From Escherichia phage moha, in the sequence record MN850590.1: DNA of 64,000 nucleotides. The stretch is one strand, 5' to 3'. The notes beneath the pieces were generated by a model. It was given only the letters and a program-made list of their open reading frames with translations, did not search any database and was not told the origin of the DNA. The translations under genes were made by a program, and so were the position numbers. Shown in pieces: positions 48,386-58,930 of this stretch (positions are counted from its first letter, which is position 1; each line of letters starts with the position of its first letter).

Positions 48386-50473
48386 ATGTCTGAACAAATA
48401 AACGAAGTGTTTGAATCTGAAGGCAGTCTTCCTGTCGTCAATTTGAACCCTAAAGCTAAAGTTCCACAAGTCTGGAAAATTGGTGATATCGATACAAATA
48501 TTGTAGTTCGTTTATTCTCTTACCTTTCCGAAGGCGACGCTGTAAAACAAGTTAAACTTGGCGACAAATACGCTCATGTTGTTATTATGAGTCTGTCTGA
48601 AAAGGGTAATCTCGCTGAATTGAAAAATGGCCTTGGTCCTGCTCCTATTGATGCAATCAACACCATTTTCAATACAGTATATGAACAAGTTAAAGCTCTT
48701 CGTATGGATGCAGTTCTGTTCCGATTCCCTACCAAGAAATTGAAAGGACGTGGACAACAGCTTCAAACTCTTCTTGCTCGTTTAGTTTCTACTAAAACCG
48801 GTGGTCGTTTTAAAGTATTGTCGGCAATGTATCAATTCACAGGTAAACACACCTATGTGATGATGGTTCGTAAAAATGCCAACATTGAAGATATTAAAGG
48901 CATCCCTAACATTAACACAGAGTTGTACACGAAAGTAGATTCTGATGTTGGCGAAGTTTATGTGAGTAAAAAGACTGGCGAAACGGTTACCAAAGAAACT
49001 GCTATCGCTGGTTCTATTGCCGCGGTAGAAGAAAAACGTAAAGATAAGCCTGTTATTGCTCGCACCAAAATTTCTCGTCGTGCTATTGCAGCAAGTCAAT
49101 CTTTAGAAGCTGACCGACAAGAAGGTGAGTTATTCCAGAAATACGAAAATTCTGCTAAAGAAGTTAGTGGCCCAGCTACAGCCGAATTACTTCCTGAAGC
49201 ATATGAAATCGTACTAGCCCAAGCATCGTCCACAGCAAAAGGCACTTTAGTTGCTGATATCGAAAATAAGATTTATAATCGTATTGATGAATCCTTTAAA
49301 TTTGCTGATGAAGTTTCTTATGGTAGTGTTATTAAGCCGACTTTAGAAAAGTTTGCTAAGAAAATTAAAACCGAAAAAACAACATCTGTTAAAGCATTAG
49401 CTGCTTTTGTTGAAGCTGCAAATGAAATTGCAGACTCTATTAAAGACGAATGGTTTGAAGATTTTAGACGTGATAATTTCCAATTGCCTGACGACGTTTT
49501 AGCTGAAGTATCTGAAAGAACTTGGAAACAACGTAAATCAGCGTTCTTGTCTAATGTGATGTATACTTATGCACGAGAATCGGCTAGAGGCACCTTTAAT
49601 ATAACAATGAATCGGGACCCTAAACAATACTCTGTTGCTGAAAAACGAGCTATTCGCGAATATGCCTCTTCTGCGTATACCGATATCAATAATATGTTGT
49701 TAGGCCGGTATAAACCGGATTTTTATGATGTTGCAGATGAAGATGAAGTTAAACGCGCTATTGATGGTCTTGATTCGGCGTTTTTAAATGGAGACCGTTT
49801 ACCTGAAGGACTAACGTTGTATAGAGCCCAGTCTATCAGAATGCCTATTTACGAAGCAATGGTTAAAAATAAGGTATTCTACTTCAGAAACTATGTTTCT
49901 ACTTCATTAGCTCCTATTATTTTTGGTGGGTTTAAAGAGAACGTTGCCCTTGGACTTGCTCCTGAAGAAGTTCGCAAAGAGCTTAACATTGACAATAATG
50001 ACGAAGGTGTTACTATTTCTCCTAGTCAAGTAAGAACAGCTATGCATGCACCAGAACAAATCCGTGTTAACGTTGGATGGGCTATCGATGGCGCCCATAA
50101 AGTTAACGTGATTTACCCGGGTCAGTTGAGTAATCACCCTAATGAGCAAGAAATTATTTTGCCTAGAGGCATTCTCTTGCAGATAAATAAAATTACAGAT
50201 GCGTCATCTGACACTGGTGCAGGTTTAGAATCCAACCTTAAATTTATTCAAGCTGAAGTCATGTCCTCGGACCAGTTGGACGAAGCTGTCATTTACGATG
50301 GTGATGTTCTCATGGAAACAGGCGAGGTAGTTGCTATGACGGGTGAAATCGAATCAGATGAGCCGGTATCTTTTGCCTCATTTGTAGAAAAAACTAGTGC
50401 ACCTAAAGGTTTGAAATTGTTAGCATCTTTAATGGATTTAGAATCAGTTCCGTTTAAATTTATCCAAGGATAG
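48386..50473 (+). CDS. alt: ADP-ribosyltransferase Alt (virion-packaged)
   Basis: 695 aa (T4 Alt 682 aa); position after ligase and before gene 54; assignment by size and synteny. Confidence 0.7.
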   Translation: MSEQINEVFESEGSLPVVNLNPKAKVPQVWKIGDIDTNIVVRLFSYLSEGDAVKQVKLGDKYAHVVIMSLSEKGNLAELKNGLGPAPIDAINTIFNTVYEQVKALRMDAVLFRFPTKKLKGRGQQLQTLLARLVSTKTGGRFKVLSAMYQFTGKHTYVMMVRKNANIEDIKGIPNINTELYTKVDSDVGEVYVSKKTGETVTKETAIAGSIAAVEEKRKDKPVIARTKISRRAIAASQSLEADRQEGELFQKYENSAKEVSGPATAELLPEAYEIVLAQASSTAKGTLVADIENKIYNRIDESFKFADEVSYGSVIKPTLEKFAKKIKTEKTTSVKALAAFVEAANEIADSIKDEWFEDFRRDNFQLPDDVLAEVSERTWKQRKSAFLSNVMYTYARESARGTFNITMNRDPKQYSVAEKRAIREYASSAYTDINNMLLGRYKPDFYDVADEDEVKRAIDGLDSAFLNGDRLPEGLTLYRAQSIRMPIYEAMVKNKVFYFRNYVSTSLAPIIFGGFKENVALGLAPEEVRKELNIDNNDEGVTISPSQVRTAMHAPEQIRVNVGWAIDGAHKVNVIYPGQLSNHPNEQEIILPRGILLQINKITDASSDTGAGLESNLKFIQAEVMSSDQLDEAVIYDGDVLMETGEVVAMTGEIESDEPVSFASFVEKTSAPKGLKLLASLMDLESVPFKFIQG

Positions 50474-50502
50474 TTTACAAACACATGGATGTGTGATACT
50501 AT
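50473..50502 (+). promoter_or_regulatory. early promoter: -35 GTTTAC, -10 TGaTACTAT
   Basis: GTTTAC 50473-50478, TACTAT 50497-50502; palindrome GGATG/CATCC 50487-50507. Confidence 0.45.
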
Positions 50503-50531
50503 CATCCAATCAACAACATGAGGAAAACGTT

Positions 50532-50825
50532 ATGAAATCTATGCTTCGCTTTAATGGTCAAGAACTAGTAGTTGAAGATGTTATCCCGGCAGATGATGTT
50601 TTTAACGAAGCTGTGATTGACGAATTGAATCGAGTATTCCCAGGTGCATTCCATATTGCTATGGAACCTCTTAAAAACTTTCGTGACCCTGAGCACACTG
50701 ATCAAATTTTTGTCGGTGTAGTGACAGGTCATTTAGAAACAGAGGTACCAATGGTCGTATTAGTTAAATACTCTAAAGATGATACTCCATTCCGAGCACC
50801 AGCATTCCTTTCATTCCGTAAATAA
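50532..50825 (+). CDS. hypothetical protein
   Basis: Listed 50493..50825; ATG 50532 follows GAGGAA RBS downstream of early promoter. Confidence 0.5.
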   Translation: MKSMLRFNGQELVVEDVIPADDVFNEAVIDELNRVFPGAFHIAMEPLKNFRDPEHTDQIFVGVVTGHLETEVPMVVLVKYSKDDTPFRAPAFLSFRK

Positions 50826-50834
50826 ACCCCTAAA

Positions 50835-50857
50835 GGGAGACAACGTCTCCCTTTTTC
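50835..50857. terminator. terminator hairpin between convergent + ORF and gene 54
   Basis: GGGAGAC-AAC-GTCTCCC then TTTTTC. Confidence 0.55.
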
Positions 50858-51820
50858 TTATAGTCCTAAAACTCTTGACGCTGAATTCACCACACCTGTC
50901 AATGTGTTTATATTAGACACGCCACCAGCAGTCCCACCTAATCTAGAAAGTCTTGATACTGCACTTCCTAGCCCAGAATCATTCTGATTATTTCCAAACA
51001 TTCCTGAAACACTACTAATAAGTCCTGATTCCAGCCATTCTAAAGCAGCCTGTCTATTTACAGCACCTGATTGCATAACGCGATAAGCAAATGTTACGTC
51101 AAAAACTGTTATCTGATTATCACCATCATACGTTAACTCAGGAGAAGAGACACTAACAGGAATACATCCAGTGAACATGACAGCGGTATGTGGTAAACCA
51201 TTTCGTGCATGTAAATTAACCTGAATATCTGCTTCGACGTCTTGTGGTAAAGCACGAAGACCTGTTACAGGGTCTTGGACCGAGTTTACCCAGTCTTGCA
51301 TTGCTCTAAAGTTAGATGCTTCAGAATCCATTCTAAAGCTTATTACTAACGGGTCCATTTCACGGCCGGTAATTCGGATGTTCGGTGAGTTATAGTTGAA
51401 ATCCGTTTCATAAGATAATCGGTTCTCAGGCATTTTTACAGAATAAATCATTAAACCTGTATTATTATATGCCATATTGAAGAAGTCTATCAGATAAGCT
51501 CCTACTGTGAACTCACCTAACAAGCTTTGTACCGTACGTTGACTCATTGCTCCAATCAGATATTTACTTATACCTGATTTTCGAATTAATTTCTGTGTTC
51601 CTGCTGTAATCAGGGTTGTTACGCCCTGATTGATATCACCTTGAGACAATCCTAGCCAATCTGAATCCAACCCTAAGTTATTATAAGCAAAACTACCAAT
51701 TGACGAAATTAGTGAAGACGATTTGGTTGATGGTGTAGTAGCAAATACACAACTAAACATATTGTTTCGTTGGAAATCTGCATTTATAGCTTGGTTATTA
51801 AATTCTTCTAAAGAGTACAT
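50858..51820 (-). CDS. 54: baseplate tail-tube initiator gp54
   Basis: 320 aa = T4 gp54; synteny. Confidence 0.8.
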   Translation of the reverse strand: MYSLEEFNNQAINADFQRNNMFSCVFATTPSTKSSSLISSIGSFAYNNLGLDSDWLGLSQGDINQGVTTLITAGTQKLIRKSGISKYLIGAMSQRTVQSLLGEFTVGAYLIDFFNMAYNNTGLMIYSVKMPENRLSYETDFNYNSPNIRITGREMDPLVISFRMDSEASNFRAMQDWVNSVQDPVTGLRALPQDVEADIQVNLHARNGLPHTAVMFTGCIPVSVSSPELTYDGDNQITVFDVTFAYRVMQSGAVNRQAALEWLESGLISSVSGMFGNNQNDSGLGSAVSRLSRLGGTAGGVSNINTLTGVVNSASRVLGL

Positions 51821-52929
51821 TAGAAAGTCCCCGCATAAAGTGAAGAACGGTTTAATGTAATAATTTCTCGCATTGTTATCTCTAACGTAAATGTTGATGG
51901 TAAGTTAGGAGCAACAGCAAGACCATTAAATTGTCCATTTGGAGTTTTATCAAAACGTACGCTTTGAATTTGGCATGGACCAAATACGTCAGTTAATCCA
52001 TCAAATTTAGACGTATAACCAAAGTTTTTAACCATCCAAATTGTAGGGTTGCTTACAACTAATACATTTGTTAATGACGCAGTAATCTTTTCAAACAATG
52101 TCTTATTTTTTACTGCATCATCCGGCGTCATAGGCTCAATAAACGTTGAACGGTACCATTCGTCTAAATAACTTTTAATCTCTTGGGCGTACTGTGATTT
52201 ACCGGTCTCACCATATGAGAAATAGTTAAAATACTGGTAAATGTTTATAATAGCCATAAGGTCTTCAGTTGAACGTGGAGTTAAATCCCATGTAAAGACT
52301 TTAGTACGGTTCTCAGCACCACCATACATACTACGAGAAGTCGTATAAATCTGTTCGTTATTATCAGCCATAAGCCCTTGAGTAATAGAATCTAATGCAC
52401 CAAAAACTGCAGTAGAAGCAATGTTACTTAAAACACCCGTAGCAGTACCTCCACCTTTAGTAATAAGGCTATCACCGATATCATTAAAACGATGTGAAGT
52501 TGTATCAACATCAGATTTGGAACGTGGCAAAAGTATATTAGCAACAGGAGTTTTGTTTATAGTAGACTTATTAGCTCCGGCAGGAAGCAAGCCATTTGAG
52601 AATTTAGTCACTGCATCTTTCACGTTATCAGTTAAATCTGATATGATACCATTAGATGAAGTCCCGGCATACGCCGGACGTAAATTCCTGAGGGATCCTG
52701 AATCGCGTGCAGACATATTGTACGCGGTAAATAATAATCCATTCTTATAAAGGTCTGTTACCTGGAAGTCTCCTGTGGAGTCATTTCCGGCTGCTCTTCC
52801 TGTAGGAAATTGAGCAACATAAGTTTTAGTAGTTGTTTCGGTTTTAGTGCTTTGCCCAGCACTTTCTGAGACTGGGATTGCTTTATTTAAATCCTTTGCA
52901 TCTACTACTATTTCTTTTACACTAATCAT
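51820..52929 (-). CDS. 48: baseplate tail-tube cap gp48
   Basis: 369 aa (T4 gp48 364 aa); synteny. Confidence 0.8.
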   Translation of the reverse strand: MISVKEIVVDAKDLNKAIPVSESAGQSTKTETTTKTYVAQFPTGRAAGNDSTGDFQVTDLYKNGLLFTAYNMSARDSGSLRNLRPAYAGTSSNGIISDLTDNVKDAVTKFSNGLLPAGANKSTINKTPVANILLPRSKSDVDTTSHRFNDIGDSLITKGGGTATGVLSNIASTAVFGALDSITQGLMADNNEQIYTTSRSMYGGAENRTKVFTWDLTPRSTEDLMAIINIYQYFNYFSYGETGKSQYAQEIKSYLDEWYRSTFIEPMTPDDAVKNKTLFEKITASLTNVLVVSNPTIWMVKNFGYTSKFDGLTDVFGPCQIQSVRFDKTPNGQFNGLAVAPNLPSTFTLEITMREIITLNRSSLYAGTF

Positions 52930-52937
52930 AATAATCC

Positions 52938-54710
52938 TTAATTAACACCGGTGGCATGGAAAATTCCAGGAGCCGTTGTACTTGTTACAGGGGTCATATT
53001 CTGGACTACGGTATTCTTTTTGACGACATTATTTGTGTTACTAATCGCCGTTACCGGTTGTTGTTGTTTAGACTCAGAAGCACGTCCTTTCTCTATTGAC
53101 TGAACTTGTTTTGCTTCCGGAGATTTAGACGAAGATTCAGGCTTAACTGTTGTCTGAGCTTTTTTGGCTTCAGCCATTTTATTATTTAGCTTTTCAAATC
53201 TAGCATCTAATTCCTTTTTAATAACAGGAGTTTTATTAAGTTCAGGGTCTTTAATAAGTTTACTTAAATCAGCATAAGACTTCTCGACGTTTTTAGCATT
53301 TTCCGGATTAGTCATATCGATTTTATCGATATAATCCTCAAATCTAACTAGTGCCGCACGAGTTTCATTAGCTTTTATATACGCCTCTTTACGCTCCTCT
53401 TCAGGTAACTCTTTTAATTTTGCTGATTCCGCAGCACGCTCATCGCTTGTACTAAACTCTTCTTTATTGTCATTACCACGAACCCAGTTAGTAACGAATG
53501 TTTTGCCGCGTTGTAACATATCAAGACCTTTAGAAACGGTTCCTAATTCCCCATCGTCACGTTTCATTTGATATTTAGCGACTTTCTCTTGGTCTTCTTT
53601 CTTTAATTTGTTCCCAGTAGTTTCTTGGAATCCTTCTAAAGCACGTCCTTCTATTTCGTCCGCGGTATCGCCAAAACCTATAGCACGCAATATAGACGCA
53701 GAGAGTTTAGCCATTCCTAATTGAATTAGTTCACCTAAGTTCATTAATGCTGTTCCTACACCTTTGACAATAGCAACGGTTAAACCACCCCAGTCTCCAG
53801 CTTCCCACAATTGTTTTATCGAGTCAATAGAAGTGAATATATCACTTAAGAATTTGCCCCACTCTTTAGCTTCATCGGAGAATTTAGTAAAGTTTTCATC
53901 AAATAAATCCCAGGCAGAAGTGAACTTGTCTGTCCAATATTTGAAATGGACTATCAATAAATCAATACCGATAACAATACCAAGAATAAGTGCGGCCATT
54001 TTTGCTGCTTCAATAGCAGCCGTTATAGTGTATTTGAAAAGCATTCCAGCAATTCTGTCTGAAATTGATATTGATTTATTAAACCCGGTTTGAACTGTTT
54101 TGGTGAGCATTGCAATTTTATCGCTCAATTTAAAGCTAATTCCGCCTTTAGAATCGGAAGTAGAATTAGCACTTTCTTGAACCGGTGCTGGGAAGAAATC
54201 TTCGTCTGGTTTATTATCAATCTTTTCAGGTGTAGGGAATGCTTTAAACAACTCATCAGAAGTTTCATTCTCAACCACTTTAACAGGTATTGCGTTCTCA
54301 ATTACTTCAAGAGAGGTGCCTCCTGTATTTTGAATAGCGGTAGATGTTTGTAATTTTTGCTCTAATAATGTAGCTAATCGGTCTAACTTAGAGCTTATTG
54401 CACTAGAAACTTCGTTTATACTTTTAGTGACTTCAGTTTGTTTTTCAATAACTTCTGCGATAAGCTCTGTGCCTTCAGCAGTATTATCTGACGAATTCTT
54501 TAAGTCTCCAATTGATTCAATAATTCCATTGCCTTTATCTTCTACACTTTGTGATGTGAGTTCAGACGCGGCTTGGACATCGTCTAGTTTTGATGAAATG
54601 TCATTCAATGCTTCTAATGAATCGGTAGCTGCTGTTGCAGCTACTTTTTGTGGTTTATTATCGGCAATGACCTTATTTCTACGCATGGATTTCATTTCTT
54701 CAGGTTTCAT
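52938..54710 (-). CDS. 29: tail tape-measure / baseplate hub protein gp29
   Basis: 590 aa = T4 gp29; synteny. Confidence 0.8.
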   Translation of the reverse strand: MKPEEMKSMRRNKVIADNKPQKVAATAATDSLEALNDISSKLDDVQAASELTSQSVEDKGNGIIESIGDLKNSSDNTAEGTELIAEVIEKQTEVTKSINEVSSAISSKLDRLATLLEQKLQTSTAIQNTGGTSLEVIENAIPVKVVENETSDELFKAFPTPEKIDNKPDEDFFPAPVQESANSTSDSKGGISFKLSDKIAMLTKTVQTGFNKSISISDRIAGMLFKYTITAAIEAAKMAALILGIVIGIDLLIVHFKYWTDKFTSAWDLFDENFTKFSDEAKEWGKFLSDIFTSIDSIKQLWEAGDWGGLTVAIVKGVGTALMNLGELIQLGMAKLSASILRAIGFGDTADEIEGRALEGFQETTGNKLKKEDQEKVAKYQMKRDDGELGTVSKGLDMLQRGKTFVTNWVRGNDNKEEFSTSDERAAESAKLKELPEEERKEAYIKANETRAALVRFEDYIDKIDMTNPENAKNVEKSYADLSKLIKDPELNKTPVIKKELDARFEKLNNKMAEAKKAQTTVKPESSSKSPEAKQVQSIEKGRASESKQQQPVTAISNTNNVVKKNTVVQNMTPVTSTTAPGIFHATGVN

Positions 54711-55240
54711 TCAAGCAATCCAATAATTTCTGCTATACCCTTAATAGGACCATTAGGGCCTGGAATAGCAATAGTTGTCGAAAGGTCTTCTGCCCATTTG
54801 ATTACAAAAGCAGGCATCTCAAGGAAAGAAATTTCTTTCTCTTCGTCATTAACTTTTATTAAGCAATTTGATAGCATTTCACTGATTGTAGCGAATTGTT
54901 CAAATTTGCCTGGGGGTCTAAAATAAAAAGTATTACCTTGAAATTGGAATTCTGTTCGTTGGCATACATAGACGTCATCTAGTTTATAAGTGAATCCATC
55001 TTTTTCAACTTCAGACTTAAGTTTGTTATTAAATTCCAATATGTGTAGACATGCAAAATCAAAATCTGCGGGACTCATATTTTTACAAATAGAATCAGCT
55101 AAGATTTTCATGTTTTCATCAGGGCCTTTAACGTCCTTTAAAAGATTATAATGTTTGAGCCCTAATTTGGGAATCATTACCTTTTTATTAGACTGTGGTA
55201 GAATTATTTTCTTTAGAGGTAGAATCAGATTTAAGTTCAT
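54707..55240 (-). CDS. 28: baseplate hub distal subunit gp28
   Basis: 177 aa = T4 gp28; synteny; start may be downstream internal Met (overlaps gp27 by 53 nt). Confidence 0.7.
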   Translation of the reverse strand: MNLNLILPLKKIILPQSNKKVMIPKLGLKHYNLLKDVKGPDENMKILADSICKNMSPADFDFACLHILEFNNKLKSEVEKDGFTYKLDDVYVCQRTEFQFQGNTFYFRPPGKFEQFATISEMLSNCLIKVNDEEKEISFLEMPAFVIKWAEDLSTTIAIPGPNGPIKGIAEIIGLLE

Positions 55241-56360
55241 TTTTAACCTTAACTGGGTTAACAGGTTCTAACACCATTGAGTTGGTAAACATGTACAGAT
55301 GAGTTTGTGAGTTGTTATTTGATAACTCATGAATAACTTCATCGACGTAAAATTCGGATTTGAATTGGTTCTTTTGGTCAACAAATATAATTTTAGTAGC
55401 AGGCGTTATGTTAAAATTGCCTGTAGTAGTGCATTTAGCATATCCGTCATATTGAGCCATTGTCTGAAGACGACTTGCTTCTTCAAATCCATTACGATAG
55501 GTCATTTCGGAATATCCGCCGGATCTTGACACAAGAATAGCATTATCACCATCGCCTGTAACAATAACCGGAATAGATGTATCTAAAAATGAATGAGCGA
55601 ATATCGTGGCGTTTTTAATAGGGTCTCTTGTAAATTGGTTGGCTTTAGTCATCCAGGTAAAATCCCATACTAATGGATACTCAAGCTCTTGAATATACTG
55701 ACCTACAGTATTTGGCTCACCTACAATCATCTTAATGCCTTCCTGACCAATAAGAGTATCGTAGTCAATCATGTTTACGCCTAAAATATCTTGCCATACG
55801 AATACGAACTTATCACTCGCTGTAGCAAGTCCTAATTCTCTGACATATGCCAAATAATCATCAAATGTGCTTGTCCAAGGGATATCAGGAACATAAGCAT
55901 TAATAGTGTTTATTGGCGGAGTAATTAACGCACGGTCTTTGTATATGACACCTAACATTTCACGTATAGATTCGCCTGCATCCGGGAAGAATGGACGCCC
56001 AAATTTAAGGTTCTCTATAGAATGTATTGTTCCAAGCTCAATTGCAATAATATTGTCACCTTTTGAGTCCACAGACACAGAATAATGTCTGCATCCGTAA
56101 ATTCGAGTTCTAACTTGGAGAGGTGTGTTTGAATTTGAAACAGAGATTTGGACTATCTGTCTACCATCCATTTTAGTGTGGATGTTTTTAGTGTCATAAA
56201 ATTGAAGAATCCCTTCATTTCTTCCATATAACGAATCTCGCATGGTTAAAGTTGTTATTGTTGCCGCAAGTTCAACGTATCTATTTTCTTGCCAAGCTGA
56301 ATAATCTTGGTATAATTTAACGCTTAAGTTAGGATATCCTGGACGTTGGAATACTTTCAT
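55188..56360 (-). CDS. 27: baseplate hub subunit gp27
   Basis: 390 aa (T4 gp27 391 aa); synteny. Confidence 0.8.
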   Translation of the reverse strand: MKVFQRPGYPNLSVKLYQDYSAWQENRYVELAATITTLTMRDSLYGRNEGILQFYDTKNIHTKMDGRQIVQISVSNSNTPLQVRTRIYGCRHYSVSVDSKGDNIIAIELGTIHSIENLKFGRPFFPDAGESIREMLGVIYKDRALITPPINTINAYVPDIPWTSTFDDYLAYVRELGLATASDKFVFVWQDILGVNMIDYDTLIGQEGIKMIVGEPNTVGQYIQELEYPLVWDFTWMTKANQFTRDPIKNATIFAHSFLDTSIPVIVTGDGDNAILVSRSGGYSEMTYRNGFEEASRLQTMAQYDGYAKCTTTGNFNITPATKIIFVDQKNQFKSEFYVDEVIHELSNNNSQTHLYMFTNSMVLEPVNPVKVKNELKSDSTSKENNSTTV

Positions 56361-57109
56361 TTTTTATGGTCCTTTTCTACTAATGTTAAAGCAATACCAC
56401 GTTCAACAGGAATCATTTGCATAATAGAATCCAATGTGTATTGACTCTTTACCAGTGAATGGTTTATCTGATAGAATGTAAAAATCTCATCAGGGTTAAC
56501 TAACAATTTAAAAACCTCTAAGATATCAGTATATGTTTTAACATGACGTTCACAACAACCTAATCTAAGGGTCAAATTAATAGGGTTCATAGAAGCAATA
56601 ACCTTCTCGAGTGAGTCAATGTCTATTGCTTCTATTACTTGGATTTGGTTCTCTTCAGTCAAATCATTCCATGGGTACCATTCATCATTATAATATATTT
56701 CTTTTATGTTTTCACTTATCATTAATGCTTTGTTGTCATAAAACTTTTCAGGGAAAGAAAAACGTATTTTTATACCAGCAACATCAAGTTCAGGTTCGAC
56801 TAGTTCTTTTTGATATATCTCAAATGGTGCAGTTTTTTCTTTAGAGCATTTAGGGCAAGTGAAAATAACGGGAACTTTTGTTTTGCCTATAGAGCCTGCA
56901 AAAACTTGCAGGAATATAAATGGTTGCCATGTTTTAGGGTACTCGCCAAAATAATCATCAATCAGATCGGCAATTATTTCTTTTTGTTCTTGTGGCGAAC
57001 GATGTTCGATATCATTTCTAACTAGTAAAAAGTCTCTATAATCCGCCACGGTGAACGGCTTAAAACGATGAACACCATCCGGTAATTTACAACGAATTAT
57101 ATTAGCCAT
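56357..57109 (-). CDS. 51: baseplate hub assembly catalyst gp51
   Basis: 250 aa (T4 gp51 249 aa); divergent from gene 26 with shared late-promoter palindrome. Confidence 0.75.
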   Translation of the reverse strand: MANIIRCKLPDGVHRFKPFTVADYRDFLLVRNDIEHRSPQEQKEIIADLIDDYFGEYPKTWQPFIFLQVFAGSIGKTKVPVIFTCPKCSKEKTAPFEIYQKELVEPELDVAGIKIRFSFPEKFYDNKALMISENIKEIYYNDEWYPWNDLTEENQIQVIEAIDIDSLEKVIASMNPINLTLRLGCCERHVKTYTDILEVFKLLVNPDEIFTFYQINHSLVKSQYTLDSIMQMIPVERGIALTLVEKDHKK

Positions 57110-57126
57110 AATTACTCCTTTTCTAT

Positions 57127-57134
57127 TATTTATA
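57127..57134 (-). promoter_or_regulatory. late promoter (TATAAATA on - strand) for gene 51 and downstream hub genes
   Basis: Reverse complement of tatttata; overlaps the + strand late promoter by 4 bp. Confidence 0.5.
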
Positions 57135-57138
57135 AATA
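57131..57138 (+). promoter_or_regulatory. late promoter (TATAAATA) for gene 26
   Basis: Part of palindrome TATTTATAAATA 57127-57138. Confidence 0.5.
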
Positions 57139-57156
57139 CACAATAAAGGAGTTAAC

Positions 57157-57783
57157 ATGTACAAATATACGTTTACAGTACGTTTAGGCGATAAAGAAGT
57201 GAATTGTAGAGCCTTTACTTTAAAAGAATATTTAGGACTCATAGGTGCGCGGGCTACCGGTACTATTGAATCCGCAGTGAACAATATTATCACTAATTGC
57301 TCTAATGCTAAAAACTTGACTAAACAAGAAGCCGAGTTATTGTTGGTAAATCTGTGGGCCCATTCATTAGGTGAAGTGAATCAAGAACACACCTGGAATT
57401 GTTCCTGTGGGCATTCATTTCAAGTCTATATGAATCTATTGCACACTCAATTAGATGAACAGGCCGATCCCTGGTATTCGTTCAGCGGTATTAAAATTAA
57501 GTTCCGTCAACCTAAATTATTTGACGATAAAAATATCGCATTAATGATTGCTTCATGTATTGAGGCCGTTTTTGTCAATGGAGAGTCCATCCCTGTTGAA
57601 GATTTAACTGAAGCAGAAATAAACGACCTTTATGGCCTTATAACGGAAGATGACATGATCAATATTAAAAATCTTTTAGTATCACCATCAATTTATCTAG
57701 CAACCCCTATTAAATGTCCCAAATGTGGGGCGTCACACGTTCACACAATACGAGGCCTCAAAGAATTCTTTGAGTTACTATAA
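57157..57783 (+). CDS. 26: baseplate hub subunit gp26
   Basis: 208 aa = T4 gp26; synteny. Confidence 0.8.
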   Translation: MYKYTFTVRLGDKEVNCRAFTLKEYLGLIGARATGTIESAVNNIITNCSNAKNLTKQEAELLLVNLWAHSLGEVNQEHTWNCSCGHSFQVYMNLLHTQLDEQADPWYSFSGIKIKFRQPKLFDDKNIALMIASCIEAVFVNGESIPVEDLTEAEINDLYGLITEDDMINIKNLLVSPSIYLATPIKCPKCGASHVHTIRGLKEFFELL

Positions 57784-58181
57784 TGTCTAATATCAATAAA
57801 CTTTATTCAGATATCGACCCAGAAATGCGTATGGATTGGAACAAGGACGTTGCTCGTTCTGTAGGACTTCGTTCTATTAAAAATAGTCTTCTTGGCATAG
57901 TGACAACTAGAAAAGGCTCACGCCCCTTCGACCCTGAATTTGGATGTGATTTGGTCGATGAACTTTTCGAGAACATGACACCACTTACAGCCGATACGAT
58001 TGAGCGTAATATCCAGGCAGCTGTTCGTAACTATGAGCCACGCATCGACAAACTTTCTGTAAGTGTAACGCCAGTATATGATGACTATACGGTTATAGTA
58101 GAGATTAGATTTTCGGTCGTAGACAACCCTGACGATATTGAACAAATTAAACTTCAGTTAGCGTCAAGCAATAGAGTGTAA
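57783..58181 (+). CDS. 25: baseplate wedge subunit gp25 (lysozyme-like fold)
   Basis: 132 aa = T4 gp25; synteny. Confidence 0.8.
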   Translation: MSNINKLYSDIDPEMRMDWNKDVARSVGLRSIKNSLLGIVTTRKGSRPFDPEFGCDLVDELFENMTPLTADTIERNIQAAVRNYEPRIDKLSVSVTPVYDDYTVIVEIRFSVVDNPDDIEQIKLQLASSNRV

Positions 58182-58206
58182 TGCTTCAAGGCAACCTATG
58201 TATAAT
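58182..58206 (+). promoter_or_regulatory. middle (MotA-dependent) promoter upstream of uvsY
   Basis: MotA box TGCTTCA 58182-58188, 12 nt, -10 TATAAT 58201-58206. Confidence 0.5.
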
Positions 58207-58260
58207 GGTTTTAGGTCCTTCCGATACAGCCGGGAGATTATTAGTTAAAGAGAGAATATT

Positions 58261-58674
58261 ATGAAGCTGGAAGATTTACAGGAAGAGTTAGACGCAGACT
58301 TAGCTATTGATACGACAAAGTTGCAATATGAGACGGCGAATAATGTTAAGTTATACAGCAAATGGCTACGTAAGCACTCATTTATTCGTAAAGAAATGTT
58401 GCGTATAGAGACTCAGAAGAAAACTGCTCTAAAAGCAAGATTAGACTACTACTCGGGACGAGGTGACGGTGATGAATTCAGTATGGACCGATACGAGAAA
58501 TCTGAAATGAAAACTGTCCTGGCTGCAGATAAAGATGTGCTTAAAATAGAGACTACTTTACAATACTGGGGAATTTTACTTGAGTTCTGTAGTGGTGCAC
58601 TTGACGCAGTTAAGTCTCGTAGTTTTGCACTTAAACATATCCAGGATATGCGAGAATTTGAAGCGGGGCAATAA
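58261..58674 (+). CDS. uvsY: recombination mediator UvsY
   Basis: 137 aa = T4 UvsY; MotA-box middle promoter upstream. Confidence 0.85.
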   Translation: MKLEDLQEELDADLAIDTTKLQYETANNVKLYSKWLRKHSFIRKEMLRIETQKKTALKARLDYYSGRGDGDEFSMDRYEKSEMKTVLAADKDVLKIETTLQYWGILLEFCSGALDAVKSRSFALKHIQDMREFEAGQ

Positions 58675-58898
58675 TGCGTTATTCAATTGAAGATGCCTTT
58701 AATAATGACGAAGAATTTGAAACTGAAATTAAATTCTTAATGGAAAAGTATCATCTACGTCGTCAGGATATTCGTATCCTGGCAGACCACCCGTGTGGTG
58801 AAGACGTCCTTTATATTAAAGGAAAATTTGCCGGATATCTTGATGAATATTTTTATTCTAAAGATATGGGCATTGATATGCATATGAGAGTTGTATAA
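58674..58898 (+). CDS. hypothetical protein (uvsY.-1-position)
   Basis: 74 aa ORF, TAATG overlap with uvsY stop. Confidence 0.55.
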   Translation: MRYSIEDAFNNDEEFETEIKFLMEKYHLRRQDIRILADHPCGEDVLYIKGKFAGYLDEYFYSKDMGIDMHMRVV

Positions 58899-58930
58899 AT
58901 AGATATGTAATTTCAACTTAGGAGGCAATC

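Noticed and set aside
54427-54926. + strand ORFs 54427..54726 and 54648..54926 within genes 29/28
   Set aside because: Antisense to baseplate hub genes; Ser-rich low-complexity translation typical of the wrong strand
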